A DNA stretch of 62,885 nt, the filler included, from Welwitschia mirabilis (lineage: Eukaryota), in NCBI GenBank assembly GCA_051453625.1. It is 4 parts of one record of this genome, joined end to end, with 100 filler letters (N's around TTAATTAATTAA, not from the genome) between each part and the next. Parts side by side here need not be neighbours in the genome. Positions count along the whole stretch, not along the records: positions 27,620 to 55,936 come from JBOZIK010000001.1; positions 56,037 to 60,565 come from JBOZIK010000001.1; positions 60,666 to 62,885 come from JBOZIK010000001.1; 1 more part is not named here. One strand, 5' to 3'. Positions 50,300 to 62,885 of the stretch are shown here, piece by piece; the first letter of the stretch is position 1, and the number at the start of each line of letters is the position of its first letter. Both the position numbers and the translations under genes were made by a program. A model generated the notes under the pieces. The model was not told the DNA's origin and ran no database searches. It was given only the letters and a program-made list of their open reading frames with translations.

Positions 50300-53200
50300 T
50301 TTGACTTGCCTCCCGATGATGATGTAGAACTTAAAAAACTTAAATGCATAACTAACATTCTCAAGAGAATTTGATGAGGACCCATTTCAACAATTAGCTA
50401 AAATAAAATAAATTGTGCTTATCTTAGGGAATGGAAAAAAAAATAAAGTAATGATAGAACTTACATGATTATCTTTCCTATCACACTTAGAGAAATAGCA
50501 AAACTTTGTCTTAGAACCATTTTACATAAGAGTCTTAAATCTTGGAATCAAGTATAAGAATCTTTCATTAAAATATTTATGAGTGAAAATACCATAAGAA
50601 AAATAAGAAAAGAAGTCAACTCTCAACAACTACTCCATGAATATTATACAACAACTTATAAGTGATTTATCATAGCTATTCATTCCAACCCTATTGATGA
50701 CTTTTTCTAAAAAATAATTGATAGATTACTTTTATAGTGAATTAAATAGTCAAACAGCTTGTAGATTTCGCTTGTAATAGCAACATGATGAACTTAACTT
50801 TAGATGAAGGATGGAAATTGTTGGAAGACTTAGTTTAGATAAGTCAAACTTGGCCACCAACTTCTAGAGAAAATCAAACCATAAGCCAAATCATAAAAGA
50901 CTTAAAAGAAGTAAGAAGTGATAAGAAAGAAGAAGAATGTAATTTAACAAATGTAATTAAGGGTTTTACTACTAATATAGAAAAATACACTCAAATTATA
51001 GTTGTTGCAAAGATAACAAATGAGAGGAATGTAATTTCAACATGTGATTTATATGAAGACAACTCTCATTTAATAAATAGTATCCCTTATTGCCCACATG
51101 TAAAGAGAGGATGTATGAGGAGGTGTTTGCTGGCCTTCCAACTTTAAAAATTTTTCACAATATCAACAAATAATACGTGGGAAATCAAATTAATAACCTT
51201 TTGAGAATAAATTTAAAAACTAAAATTTCCAATCAAATAACTCAAACTTCCAACCAAGTAGTTCAAACATTTAGTTAAATAACTCTAACTGTTAACTAAG
51301 TACCTTAATTTTTAACAAAATTGGAGTAATCCTCTTAGAGGATAAATAGAAGAGTTAAGTAAAATGTAAGCAAGGACCCATACAACCATTGAAAATTTAG
51401 TTAGTATGCTTTAATAAACAATGTTAGCTAATCAATGAGCATAAGAATCTCTTGTATCTCAAACTTTACCAAATGCAAATGAAGTTAAAAAAAATAGGAA
51501 GGTAGTAACTAGAAGTGAAAATGATACAAAAACTTTAACTTCTAAGAATGATGAGAATAATGAGAAAAGTAAATAAGAGGATGATATAGAAATCTTAGAA
51601 ACACAACTTCCCTTCAACTTTTAAAAATAAACTTATCATGAAAAATTCTTTACAAGAAAAAAACAAAAAAACTACCCCTTAGCATGATAGGCTAACACAA
51701 ATCCTACTTTGATGAATACTTAAAATCCTTAATGCAAGATTTTAGTATTAACTTATCATTTTTGAAACTCTTACAAGAAAATCCTATATATGCTAAGTTA
51801 TAAAAAGACCTAATTAGAATAAAACAAAAATGTACCATTCCTAGTAAGTCTTCCTTGCACAATCTATCTCCAACTTAGTCATGCAAAAGTGTTTTAAATT
51901 CAAAGATCTTAAGGTAACAATGATTAGTGTTACTTTAAAAGGAAATAAAAAAATTAGAAAAGCCTTGATTGATATAAGATAAAATGTAAACATCATGCCT
52001 CTTCACATATGTAAAAGACTTGGGTTAAAAAACAAAATTGAACATACAAGAATCATCTTAGATTTAGTTGACATTTCAGTCAAAAATTTTTTGGGGATTA
52101 TTAAATGCTTAGTTATTCAAATAAAAAAATACGTCTACCCCATAAATTTGGTTATTATTAAAGTGGAACATGATATAGGTTACCTACTACTTTTAGAAAA
52201 AGCCTTTTGTCTAATTACCCACTACATCATAGATACATGAACTAGAATGACACATGTACTGGAATGATGGAATGTTATATAGGTAATAATAAATTCACTA
52301 TTAGAGTTTTAAATGCTACAGAGAAAGATATATGAGATGAGTGGAACTTAAAAAAATGAAATTAAATCAACTTTATATTTATAACATCATCTGGTTAAAG
52401 AAAGATTCATAATGCTACATGAGGCAATTTTGTATGATGATCCAAGTAAAATAAAAATTCTTAATCATGAGGATGAGGAAGTGGAATCTCTAAACTAGAA
52501 AGAAGTCCAACATATAAAATCAACTGAAAATCATTTTGATGAGGGAAATCCTCCACCACTAATGTCTGGATAACAGCCCAAAAGATGCACAATGACATAA
52601 ACTCAAAAATAATAAATGAAGCTTACAACTTAGAACTGAAACAATTAGTAAGATATTTAAAATACATATCTCTATCCAGTAATCCTAAGAAATCCTTAGT
52701 AATATGTGAACATCTTACCCCTCAATAAGAATCTAACATAGTCTCAATTTTAACTTCTAAGGTAAATTCTTTTGCTTAGATTCACAAGGATTTAGCAGCC
52801 ATTCCCCTTCCATAGTTCAACATAAAATATACCTTGAGTATAATGCTAAACCAAATGGATAACCCCAATAGAGACTTAACCTAGTCCTTAAACAAGTAGT
52901 GAAGAATGAAATTATTAAACTTATGGATGCCAGAACTATCTATGCTATATCTGAGAGTGAGTGAATTACCTCCTTAATGGTAGTACCTAAGAAGTGTGGA
53001 AAGTGGAGGATGTGTATTGACTTTAAAAAACTTAATAAGGTTACTAAGAAAGATCATTTTCCTTTATTCTTTCTATATTAAATACTTGATAGAGTCTAAG
53101 GGCATGTGTATTACTATTTTCTTGATAGGTAAAATGGCTGTAATCAGGTTTACATAGCTAGTGAGAATGAAGTAAAGATAACTTTTACTTCTCCCTTTGG

Positions 53201-55530
53201 AACCTTTACCTTTAGAAGAAACCCTTTTAAATTTTGTAATGCCCGTGAAATGTTAATGATGGGTATCTTTTCCAACATGATAGAGGAATCCATTGATATC
53301 TTTATGGATGACTTCTTAATCTTTGGTAAAATTTTTGAAAAAATCATGAAAAGGTTAGAGAAATCCTTAGCCAAATGTATAGAAAGTGGCATATACTTGA
53401 GTTGAAAAAAACATTTATTTCTTATCAATAATGGGATTATTTTAGATCACTACATTTCTAGTGAGGGAATTAGGATGGATTTCACAAAAGTTATTATCAT
53501 TTAAAACCTTAACCCTCCAACTAATGTTAAATAAGTTAGATTTTTCCTTGGTTATGCTAGTTTCTATCTCTATTTTATCTAAGACTATGCAAAGATTTGT
53601 AAACCTCTTTACTCGTTACTAGAAAAAGAAGCTAAGTTTGATTAGAATGACTCATGCCAACTTACTTTTGAAACATTTAAAGATAAAATCTCTTCTAAAC
53701 CTACTATAATAGGGCCAAATTGAACTAAAGATTTTAAACTTATGTGTAATGCTAGTAACATTGCTGTAGATGGGGTTCTTGGTCAAAAATATTAAAAATA
53801 TTTTGAAGTCATATCTTATCTTAGTAATACTTTGTCTAAGGCCCAAATCAATTACACTACCATTGACAAAGAAATTCTTTCCATCATCTTTTCCCTAGAT
53901 AATCTTAGACACTATCTTTTTGGCTTTCATATCAATGTTTACATTGATCATGTAGCTATATCTTATCTTATAACCCAGAAAGATTCTAGTTATTGACTTA
54001 TTAAGTGAATCCTTCTCATGTAAGAATTTAATCTTACCATCATTGAAAAAGCTATAAAAAATATTAGTGTTAGAGATTACTTGTCTCAACTTCCTTGCTT
54101 TATTGATGATCTTTTAATTAATAACTACTTTTTTGATAAGAAAACTCTTTGTTGTTAAACAACTCTATGGCATTTCTTCTACTCATCCTACTCCTTGGTA
54201 TGCTGACATTGTAAATTATATTGTTATCATGAAAACAACTTAATATTAGATCCATGACCAATAAAAGTTTTTTCTCCATAAGATTGGTGATTATGCATGG
54301 AATGAGCCCCATCTTTATTATAGGTGCAAAGATCAAATCATGCATAAATATATGCTAGAATGAAAAAAACCTAACATCCTTAACCTTTACCATGATGAGG
54401 TATGTGGAGGACACTTTAGTGGATAAAAGACTATAATGAAAATCCTGCACTCTAGTTTCTATTAGCCTACCATTTTTAAGAATTCCTTTAACTTTACTAA
54501 AAAGTGTAATGTTTGTCAATATTATGGTAGCCTAACTCATTTTTAAGATGTAACCCTTAAATCTATATTTGAATATGAACCTTCTAATTATTGGGGGATT
54601 GACTTTATAGGCCCTATTAAAACCACCTTTTCATGATAAAAATTACATTTTAGTTGTTGTTGATTATGTTACAATGAGTTGAAGGTATTCTTACTACCAT
54701 AAATGATGTTTGAACTATTTGTAATTTTGTCCAAACTCATATATTTTAGTGTTTTGGTTTACCTTGAATCATAATTAGTAATCAAGGAACTTATTTCATC
54801 AATTATCTTTTTTGGAAATGTCTTTTATCCATTAGAATTAAACATAGAATTACCTGTGCTTATCATCCATAATCTAATGGTCAAGCTAAAAAAACAAATA
54901 AGGAAATTAAAAATATTCTCCAAAAACTAGTCTCTGTCAATAAGAAAAATTATGCTTCTAAACTAAATGATGTTTTTTGGGCTTACTGTACTACTTAATA
55001 AAATTCTCTTGGATTTTCACCTTATAAACTTGTATACAGAAAAGTTTGTATCTTATCAGTTGATGTTTGTTATAACTCTTATTATTCTACCTATCAACTT
55101 AGTCTTATGAACCTAGATGAAAATATTAGAACTATATTAGCCTTACTTGATTACTCAAATGAAAAATATACCCATGTTATACATTATCAACTTATTCATA
55201 AAGCTTAAGCCAAGTTCAAACATGATAAAAAGTTAACTCATAAGAACTTTTAGTCTAGTCAACTACTCCTTTTGTAAAATATCAAGTGCATTTTTACATA
55301 ACAATTTAACCTCTAGATGATTAGGTCATTATCTTTTATAAAAACTAAATCCTAATGGTTCGGTTAAGATCTTTGATCTGAATACTAGGGAAATTCAGAA
55401 AGTTAATGGACAAAGGTTAAAAATATACAAGTTACCTATGGATAAAACTTTGAACATGATAGAAGCACTTCTTTTAAAAGACCATCTTGATGAAGAGGAC
55501 TTCCCTTCTACCATTGTCTAAATTCTTACT
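50300..55530 (+). pseudogene. gag-pol remnant of the Athila-like element
   Basis: gag DEDPFQQL...YFYSEL...EGWKLLEDL; protease KALIDIR*NVNIMP (~51960); RT WRMCIDFKKLNKVTKKDHFP and DIFMDDF (~53295); RH LMCNASNIAV; IN HDEVCGGHF, WGIDFIGP, YHP*SNGQA, KVNGQRLKIY (~55400). Confidence 0.9.
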
Positions 55531-55843
55531 TAGTCAATTCTGTTGATATACTTCATGCTATCACTCGAACATCTTTAATTTGACTTATGTATTACTTTAT
55601 CAAGTCCCTATGACTAGTAATATTTTAATTGGGCATTTCAAAGTGATAATATTGGATTCAATTAATCTTAAGACATTTGTATGTCTATGAACCTCATTTT
55701 GAAAGAAGATGCTTTGGTTCTCTTATTTTCTCTCAATGGTGTGGGCCTTTAATTATGTGCGTGTATTATTCCCTATTTCTCATCTCATTATTTCACTCTT
55801 ATCATTAAGAGTGCTTCATCATATGGGATTTATTATTATTATT

Positions 55844-55871
55844 AGAGAGAGAAAGAGAAAAAAAGAGAGAA

Positions 55872-55936
<65 letters not shown>
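55844..55936. repeat. (GA)n microsatellite at scaffold end
   Basis: Imperfect then pure GA run ending at the spacer. Confidence 0.95.
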
Positions 55937-56036
55937 NNNNNNNNNNNNNNNNNNNNNNNNNNNNNNNNNNNNNNNNNNNNTTAATTAATTAANNNNNNNN
56001 NNNNNNNNNNNNNNNNNNNNNNNNNNNNNNNNNNNN
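55937..56036. other. Artificial scaffold-joining spacer
   Basis: 44N-TTAATTAATTAA (55981-55992)-44N. Confidence 0.95.
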
Positions 56037-58409
56037 ATCTTAATGGGTAGTTTGTGTTTTCTAATTGATTTCTAAAAGGTTAAGGATTATTTTGAAAATG
56101 AGTATTCAACCTCGGTTGTACTTGATGGAAGTTTTGAGATGGTTGATTGAAAGCACAAACTTATTCTTAAATTATTTCTTTATATGTTGACAAAAGAGGA
56201 CGGTTCTTAGAGATATTATAATTATCTTCATATAAGTCACAAGTTTGCATAACATTTCTTTTGGTTGCGGTTTTAGCATTTTGTAGGATTAGATTCTACC
56301 TCTTTTTATTATTTCATCTCTTTTAAGTCTTTAATGAGTTAGTCTACTTTTAATTTTCATTATATGTTAATTAGGTTTGACTAATTTCCACAAGTTCTTC
56401 TAATTTTGTCTAGGCATCTTCTAATATAAGGTTCATGAGGATTCCATCACAAGAGAAATCTATAAGTTGTTTTGTGTGGGGAATCAATTAACTATAAAAA
56501 TGGTCTCGTTATTATACTCTTGAAAAGGCNNNNNNNNNNNNNNNNNNNNNNNNNNNNNNNNNNNNNNNNNNNNNNNNNNNNNNNNNNNNNNNNNNNNNNN
56601 NNNNNNNNNNNNNNNNNNNNNNNNNNNNNNNNNNNNNNNNNNNNNNNNNNNNNNNNNNNNNNNNNNNNNNNNNNNNNNNNNNNNNNNNNNNNNNNNNNNN
56701 NNNNNNNNNNNNNNNNNNNNNNNNNNNNNNNNNNNNNNNNNNNNNNNNNNNNNNNNNNNNNNNNNNNNNNNNNNNNNNNNNNNNNNNNNNNNNNNNNNNN
56801 NNNNNNNNNNNNNNNNNNNNNNNNNNNNNNNNNNNNNNNNNNNNNNNNNNNCATTATCTTTCCATTAAAAATTGGATAGGCATGTAAGTTTTTAAGCTCG
56901 ATATCATCTCCTGGGGGTAGGTCAAAAGGTGTTTGAATTTCTCTTTTTTTATTTGCTAATAATTCCCTTAGGGTAAAGTTTGCATTAGGGATAGAAGATT
57001 CTATAACTTGTTTTTACTTATAGGAGGCACTCGACATTGCAAATTAGTTATCTTCTTCTATAGAGTTTTCGTTAAGAAAATATGATTCAGAAAAAATAAA
57101 TTTAGAAGGAGGTTAAGTGCACCTAGAAATTTCTTTTCCAATTAGTTTTTTATATTCACTAGTCCTTCTTTGATTTTTTTTTTCCTATCAGCAACTTTTC
57201 TCTTAGATATCTATTCTCTATGTTTACCATATCACAACATCCTACAAATAGCAAATTACAGAAAATAGATCAAAACTAATAGATTATCATCTTGTCTATC
57301 ATGGGGATAATAGAAGGCACAACACATATAGAAACTAGAAAAATAAAAATAAAATCGAAATAAAAAATAAAAAGTAGAAAAGTCAGAAATAAGATTATTG
57401 TCCTCCTAGTTATCTGAACATCACAGAAAACTAATTTATTTAGAAAAATCACAATTCAAAAATAAAATGGAAAGTAAAAATAGCACACTGTCATCTTGAC
57501 TATCGTGGGGATGACATAGGGGACAACTACTCTATTTCTACAGAAAATCAAAACGGAAAAATTAANNNNNNNNNNNNNNNNNNNNNNNNNNNNNNNNNNN
57601 NNNNNNNNNNNNNNNNNNNNNNNNNNNNNNNNNNNNNNNNNNNNNNNNNNNNNNNNNNNNNNNNNNNNNNNNNNNNNNNNNNNNNNNNNNNNNNNNNNNN
57701 NNNNNNNNNNNNNNNNNNNNNNNNNNNNNNNNNNNNNNNNNNNNNNNNNNNNNNNNNNNNNNNNNNNNNNNNNNNNNNNNNNNNNNNNNNNNNNNNNNNN
57801 NNNNNNNNNNNNNNNNNNNNNNNNNNNNNNNNNNNNNNNNNNNNNNNNNNNNNNNNNNNNNNNNNNNNNNNNNNNNNNNNNNNNNNNNNNNNNNNNNNNN
57901 NNNNNNNNNNNNNNNNNNNNNNNNNNNNNNNNNNNNNNNNNNNNNNNNNNNNNNNNNNNNNNNNNNNNNNNNNNNNNNNNNNNNNNNNNNNNNNNNNNNN
58001 NNNNNNNNNNNNNNNNNNNNNNNNNNNNNNNNNNNNNNNNNNNNNNNNNNNNNNNNNNNNNNNNNNNNNNNNNNNNNNNNNNNNNNNNNNNNNNNNNNNN
58101 NNNNNNNNNNNNNNNNGATCTTAATGGAGGATACACAACCCTCCACTAAGTACATGTCTTTCTGCAACACATGTAGATGGATCTTCCACCCTTATCATGG
58201 GGACAATGGTCTTCTTTGTTTATTTCTTTGAAGAGAACTTAGCATTTTTATTATTAATCCTTCTTTAAAGCTCTGTGTATCAGAAAGTGTATTTAATACA
58301 TCAATTTTGGATAAGAATTGCACTTTTCCAAGATTTTCTCTTGTATCTCCAAAATCCTCAGAATTGCACCTAAATGTGTATAAAAGTTATGTAAAATAAC
58401 TCATAAAAC

Positions 58410-59486
58410 CCCATCAAATACCCTTAAATTGGAAGTGCAGCACAAGAATTACATAATGTTTACGAATAATAGTTATCTGATTATTGCAATGCGTATTTAT
58501 GCAACGTTTACGTCTTGATCTAAATCTTGTTAATCATAAATAATATGCACAAACATAACACACTAATATAGATGGGGAGTAATTCAAATGTCATAATCTG
58601 TTAAAGGCCAAAGTATGAAAATAAAAGAGTTGCTTTTAAGATAAAAATATGATAACAATAACCTATAGAAATAATTTGCAATGCATGGAAATGAAGTAAA
58701 ACATACTTGTACAAGTCTAATCTAGGAAAAGAAATAGCGATGCACCTAAACTAACCAAGCTCAATCTTGACAAAGGTTGTCCTCATAATCTATAACACAA
58801 AAGAAGCTTGTCACCGAATCTCAAATGAAATAAACTATGAGGGAGAAGATCATTCATACATGTAAACATCAAAGAAAATGTTTCATATTAAAATATACAT
58901 ATCACATCTGTATTATAAAGTAGCCATTTCTCAAAGGAGGAAATGCCACCCAGCATCAAAGAAATGTCTCTCAGAAATTATAGAATGGTTCTTCAGTCCT
59001 TCGATCTCCTGTCACAAGCATGTCAGGTACTATCGAATATGATTAGGAATAGAGGGGGAGATCCTTATTTATAGACTCAAAACTAAAAAGGAAATTGATA
59101 GAAAAGCGTAAGAAAAACCCTAATTGCCATGCAAAGAAAAGTTACAATTAAGTGGCAAAAGCTTAGGTGAATATTTAGTGTAAGTNNNNNNNNNNNNNNN
59201 NNNNNNNNNNNNNNNNNNNNNNNNNNNNNNNNNNNNNTGGTCTTTAGTGGATCTTCAGTCAGTCCAATCGCTTTGTTATTTATAGGAATTATCATCCAAA
59301 AATCTCGTTTATTCATATCTGCACAGAATGCTTGTAATTTATCTAGAAATTGCATGTTTTCATTTTTTTCATCCTGGTTCTTCATTATCATGGAAACTAA
59401 GCATTTATCTACCAATTTAACTGCAAAATAACTTAAAATATCCTATCAAATACATGTAAGTTAGTGGCATAACATAGCCCCCCACT
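58410..59486 (-). repeat. Minus-strand gypsy-type 3' LTR with PPT
   Basis: Minus strand AAGTGGGGGGCTA followed by TGTTATGCC (LTR edge at 59474); minus-strand CTATAAATA at ~59066-59074. The flank CCCCCCACTTAGCCTTGTTAGTCCCTAATAAAA resembles 17746-17780. The left edge is uncertain. Confidence 0.5.
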
Positions 59487-60565
59487 TAGCCTTGTTAGTC
59501 CCTAATAAAACTAGGCAGTAAACCACATTTGCAAGCTAACTTTTTAGGCAATAAAAACAACTCAGATATCTATAGAAATTATCTGAAAAATATTGGAATA
59601 ATATTTCAAAGATAGAATAAATTTCCGAAAAATTCAAAACATTAAACATAAATACCTGCAAAGCATTAAAAGTGGGTTATCTGGTATGGTCGTCCAGACA
59701 ATGGAGAGAACAATAGGATTCTGCAAAGGATNNNNNNNNNNAGAAATCAAATTTCTTTGTTAATTAATTAATCATGATAAAAAACTCCCCACTATGATAA
59801 ACATTTAAATATAAATATTTGCAATCCTCATCATAAAAATTGAAAGATAATCATAAAACTCAAATAGAAATAGTACATCATGCTGAAACGAAATGATATG
59901 TCTATATAATAATGAGTTTTTTAGTACAAAAAGTGTAGAAGGAGAGATACAAAATATAATATAAAGTCATTCCCTCATCTATGCATGATGAATCCTGGTT
60001 TAGTAATTGGCTTAGGAGTAGGGGAAAAGGAAGGAGGATCTGTAATAATGATTCTCATAATTGATAAAAAAGTATCAAAAATACTAAAAATATGTCCTGC
60101 CCTTCCCCTTCCCCCCAAAAATATGCAATACATCCCTAATTGCTGAATTGTGAGAAAAAGAAAGGAGGAAAAACATTGGATCGGGATGGAACAGTAAGAA
60201 AAACTACTAAATGATTAAAGTTTGAAGAAGAAATAAGAAATGCAAAATGACTGTGAAATAGAAGACTCAAAAACAAAAGAAAACCAAAGTGAAAAGGGAT
60301 AGAAGGAATAAGGAGAAGATTGGTTACCTATCCTAAGTACTAACTTAGCAAACTCTCAAGGAAAACATCACAACATCACCTGAGTAAATAGGCATGATAA
60401 AATGTATTAACTCCATAAAGTTCATTCGAAAAGGCAGTGGTTAGAGCGATATCAAAAGTTTCAAATGTGTAAAACAATAAAGAGCAAAAATAAAAGTTAC
60501 TTAAAAATGGACTCACCTGCTTCTATCCCACAAACTCATCGAAATCTCCAAAAGTGAAATGGGTA

Positions 60566-60665
60566 NNNNNNNNNNNNNNNNNNNNNNNNNNNNNNNNNNN
60601 NNNNNNNNNTTAATTAATTAANNNNNNNNNNNNNNNNNNNNNNNNNNNNNNNNNNNNNNNNNNNN
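60566..60665. other. Artificial scaffold-joining spacer
   Basis: 44N-TTAATTAATTAA (60610-60621)-44N. Confidence 0.95.
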
Positions 60666-62059
60666 TAACATCTCAAAAAATGAAATGATCATGTGGAAAG
60701 ACTAAGAGTCTAGGAAACAAGAAATGTCTCTGATCACACCAGGAATACTATTGATCCCATAACCTCAAAGTTTAAATACAACTTTATTACCCATGTTGAG
60801 GGGAGTGCAACTACTGTCAGAGAAGTAAGGACCCATAAAGCATGGACAACGGATCTCCTCGTGGAGTTCCCACAGCTACGATATTACACTGCTAAAGGCT
60901 TCTCTCGGAAATATTTGCCCTAGTGTACTTGCGGTAGGACATCATGGTGACCATGTTTNNNNNNNNNNNNNNNNNNNNNNNNNNNNNNNNNNNNNNNNNN
61001 NNNNNNNNNNNNNNNNNNNNNNNNNNNNNNNNNNNNNNNNNNNNNNNNNNNNNNNNNNNNNNNNNNNNNNNNNNNNNNNNNNNNNNNNNNNNNNNNNNNN
61101 NNNNNNNNNNNNNNNNNNNNNNNNNNNNNNNNNNNNNNNNNNNNNNNNNNNNNNNNNNNNNNNNNNNNNNNNNNNNNNNNNNNNNNNNNNNNNNNNNNNN
61201 NNNNNNNNNNNNNNNNNNNNNNNNNNNNNNNNNNNNNNNNNNNNNNNNNNNNNNNNNNNNNNNNNNNNNNNNNNNNNNNNNNNNNNNNNNNNNNNNNNNN
61301 NNNNNNNNNNNNNNNNNNNNNNNNNNNNNNNNNNNNNNNNNNNNNNNNNNNNNNNNNNNNNNNNNNNNNNNNNNNNNNNNNNNNNNNNNNNNNNNNNNNN
61401 NNNNNNNNNNNNNNNNNNNNNNNNNNNNNNNNNNNNNNNNNNNNNNNNNNNNNNNNNNNNNNNNNNNNNNNNNNNNNNNNNNNNNNNNNNNNNNNNNNNN
61501 NNNNNNNNNNNNNNNNNNNNNNNNNNNNNNNNNNNNNNNNNNNNNNNNNNNNNNNNNNNNNNNNNNNNNNNNNNNNNNNNNNNNNNNNNNNNNNNNNNNN
61601 NNNNNNNNNNNNNNNNNNNNNNNNNNNNNNNNNNNNNNNNNNNNNNNNNNNNNNNNNNNNNNNNNNNNNNNNNNNNNNNNNNNNNNNNNNNNNNNNNNNN
61701 NNNNNNNNNNNNNNNNNNNNNNNNNNNNNNNNTCTAAGACCTTTTCACCATTGAGAAAAGCATAAAATTTAAAGTGTCTTCCTTTAATTGAAGTTCATGG
61801 ATGTGTGAATGTTCTAAGATTGGATGAATCCAATCTTACCAATGAAATGCCCAAGTCAAAAGACTAGTCATGGCAATAAATACATTAGTCAAGTTTGAAA
61901 GATGATTGAGTAATGCCACAATAATCTTTCAAAGGAAAAATCTAAGAGAAAATTCAAAAGATTTGCTTGTGAAATCCCAATTTTTACCCATTTACTTCCT
62001 GTAATTCTTAAGCAGTCAAATCATAAATCTCAACAAATTCACAAAAATGTATTTTCTGA

Positions 62060-62240
62060 AAATAACAGAAAGCAAAAATCAACATTTTATTGACTATCAT
62101 CCTACTTGTCATCCAAACGACATAGAGGATGACATACATAGGAAAAAGAAATAGAACACAGAAAATTAACAGAAAAGATAGAAAACCATCAAAAGGGACT
62201 GTCATCCACCTTGTCATGGGGACGATAAAGAAGAGGACTG
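62060..62240. repeat. Dispersed repeat motif shared with 57250-57545 and ~58190 (LTR-element non-coding region)
   Basis: CTGTCATC....TRTCRTGGGGAYGAYA recurs at ~57285, 57488, 58190, 62095 and 62199, usually preceded by CAGAAAA-rich tracts. Confidence 0.6.
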
Positions 62241-62885
62241 ATTATTTTTGCAGAAACAGAAAATGAAAACTGCAAACAGAAACAAAATTAGAAATCAAAA
62301 AATAAAAACAAAGATTCTAAAAATAAAAAACTAAAAAGAAAACAACAAAGAAAGCAAACTTTTATTCAAATGCTAAAGCTAAAGATACACTTTTATTGAA
62401 AAGAAAGAAAAGAAAAAAAACTTAAGGATCTATTGTGGTCTTCAGTTTTTTCGAGAAGTAAGGTCCAAACCAGAAATTCACCAATTGATAAAACATAAGA
62501 GATGTGCAATTATTTCCAAGTAAAATCATATGGATGAAGAGAGGAGTAATGGATAGCACTCTATAATGCCATATCAAAGCACATATTTTGTAAGTCAAAG
62601 GGGAGAGGAATGATAACTTGGATAAAAGATTTTAATAAAATGCAAGAGCTTTACCTCCAAGTTTATTGAAAACATTTTTCTTTTTTAAATTTAAATTATG
62701 ATTTTCAAACTTTAGCTTATGAATTTGACAACTCTCCTCATGATTTTTCTTGAAAATGTGAACTTACTTACACTAAAAAGGTTTCATTTCTTCTTCTTTC
62801 TTAATTTGATCATCACAAAGCACATGCTCATTTGGTTTCATCTCTCTTTCTTTAAGGGGGTGATGTTGCAAAAATAAAGTAGGTT

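Larger units (their letters stand above)
48223..55540 (+). mobile_element. Athila-like (non-chromovirus) Ty3/gypsy element: 5' LTR, PBS, gag-PR-RT-RH-IN; degenerate, 3' end missing
   Basis: Gypsy domain order, tRNA-Asp-type PBS, and integrase ending KVNGQRLKIY. Confidence 0.9.

Noticed and set aside
59759..59772. TTAATTAATTAA inside called sequence
   Set aside because: Not flanked by the 44-N blocks and expected occasionally in AT-rich DNA, so it is not counted as a fourth linker.
13329..61765. Long ORFs in the track (e.g. 13329-14243, 28568-29936, 31562-32111, 56472-56879, 57456-58170, 60944-61765)
   Set aside because: They are runs of X created by N gaps and are not coding evidence.
62853..62885. 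TAAGGGGGTGATGTTG: possible PPT plus LTR start at the window edge
   Set aside because: Only about 25 bp follow, so it cannot be verified within the window.

Overview
AT-rich, heavily C>T/G>A-decayed plant genomic DNA made almost entirely of dead, nested transposable elements; I found no intact host protein-coding gene, RNA gene or CRISPR array. The window is not one locus: three artificial 100-bp spacers (44 N + TTAATTAATTAA + 44 N) join four scaffolds (1-27519, 27620-55936, 56037-60565, 60666-62885). Scaffold 1 holds a Sirevirus (SIRE-type Ty1/copia with env-like ORF, multiple PPTs and a 1.3-kb 3' LTR) inserted into the integrase of an older Sirevirus. The older element's 3' LTR is interrupted by a minus-strand, pol-less Athila-type LTR element, followed by an LTR fragment, a Tork-like copia gag remnant and a ~1-kb CpG-retaining, promoter-like island (24640-25690). 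Scaffold 2 holds gap-ridden repeats, an L1 LINE ORF2 remnant, a hAT transposase split by a ~3.5-kb insertion, and an Athila-like Ty3/gypsy element whose RT lacks the usual Athila loop insertion. Scaffolds 3-4 are LTR-element fragments. I cannot support a claim of a new biological system. The best leads are the CpG island, the cis-motif architecture of the two Sirevirus elements (AACGG cluster; decayed AGACGTCT palindromes), the short-loop Athila-like RT and a clean duplication-inversion-duplication scar at 42021-42236. Translations, motif counts and identity estimates were done by eye.
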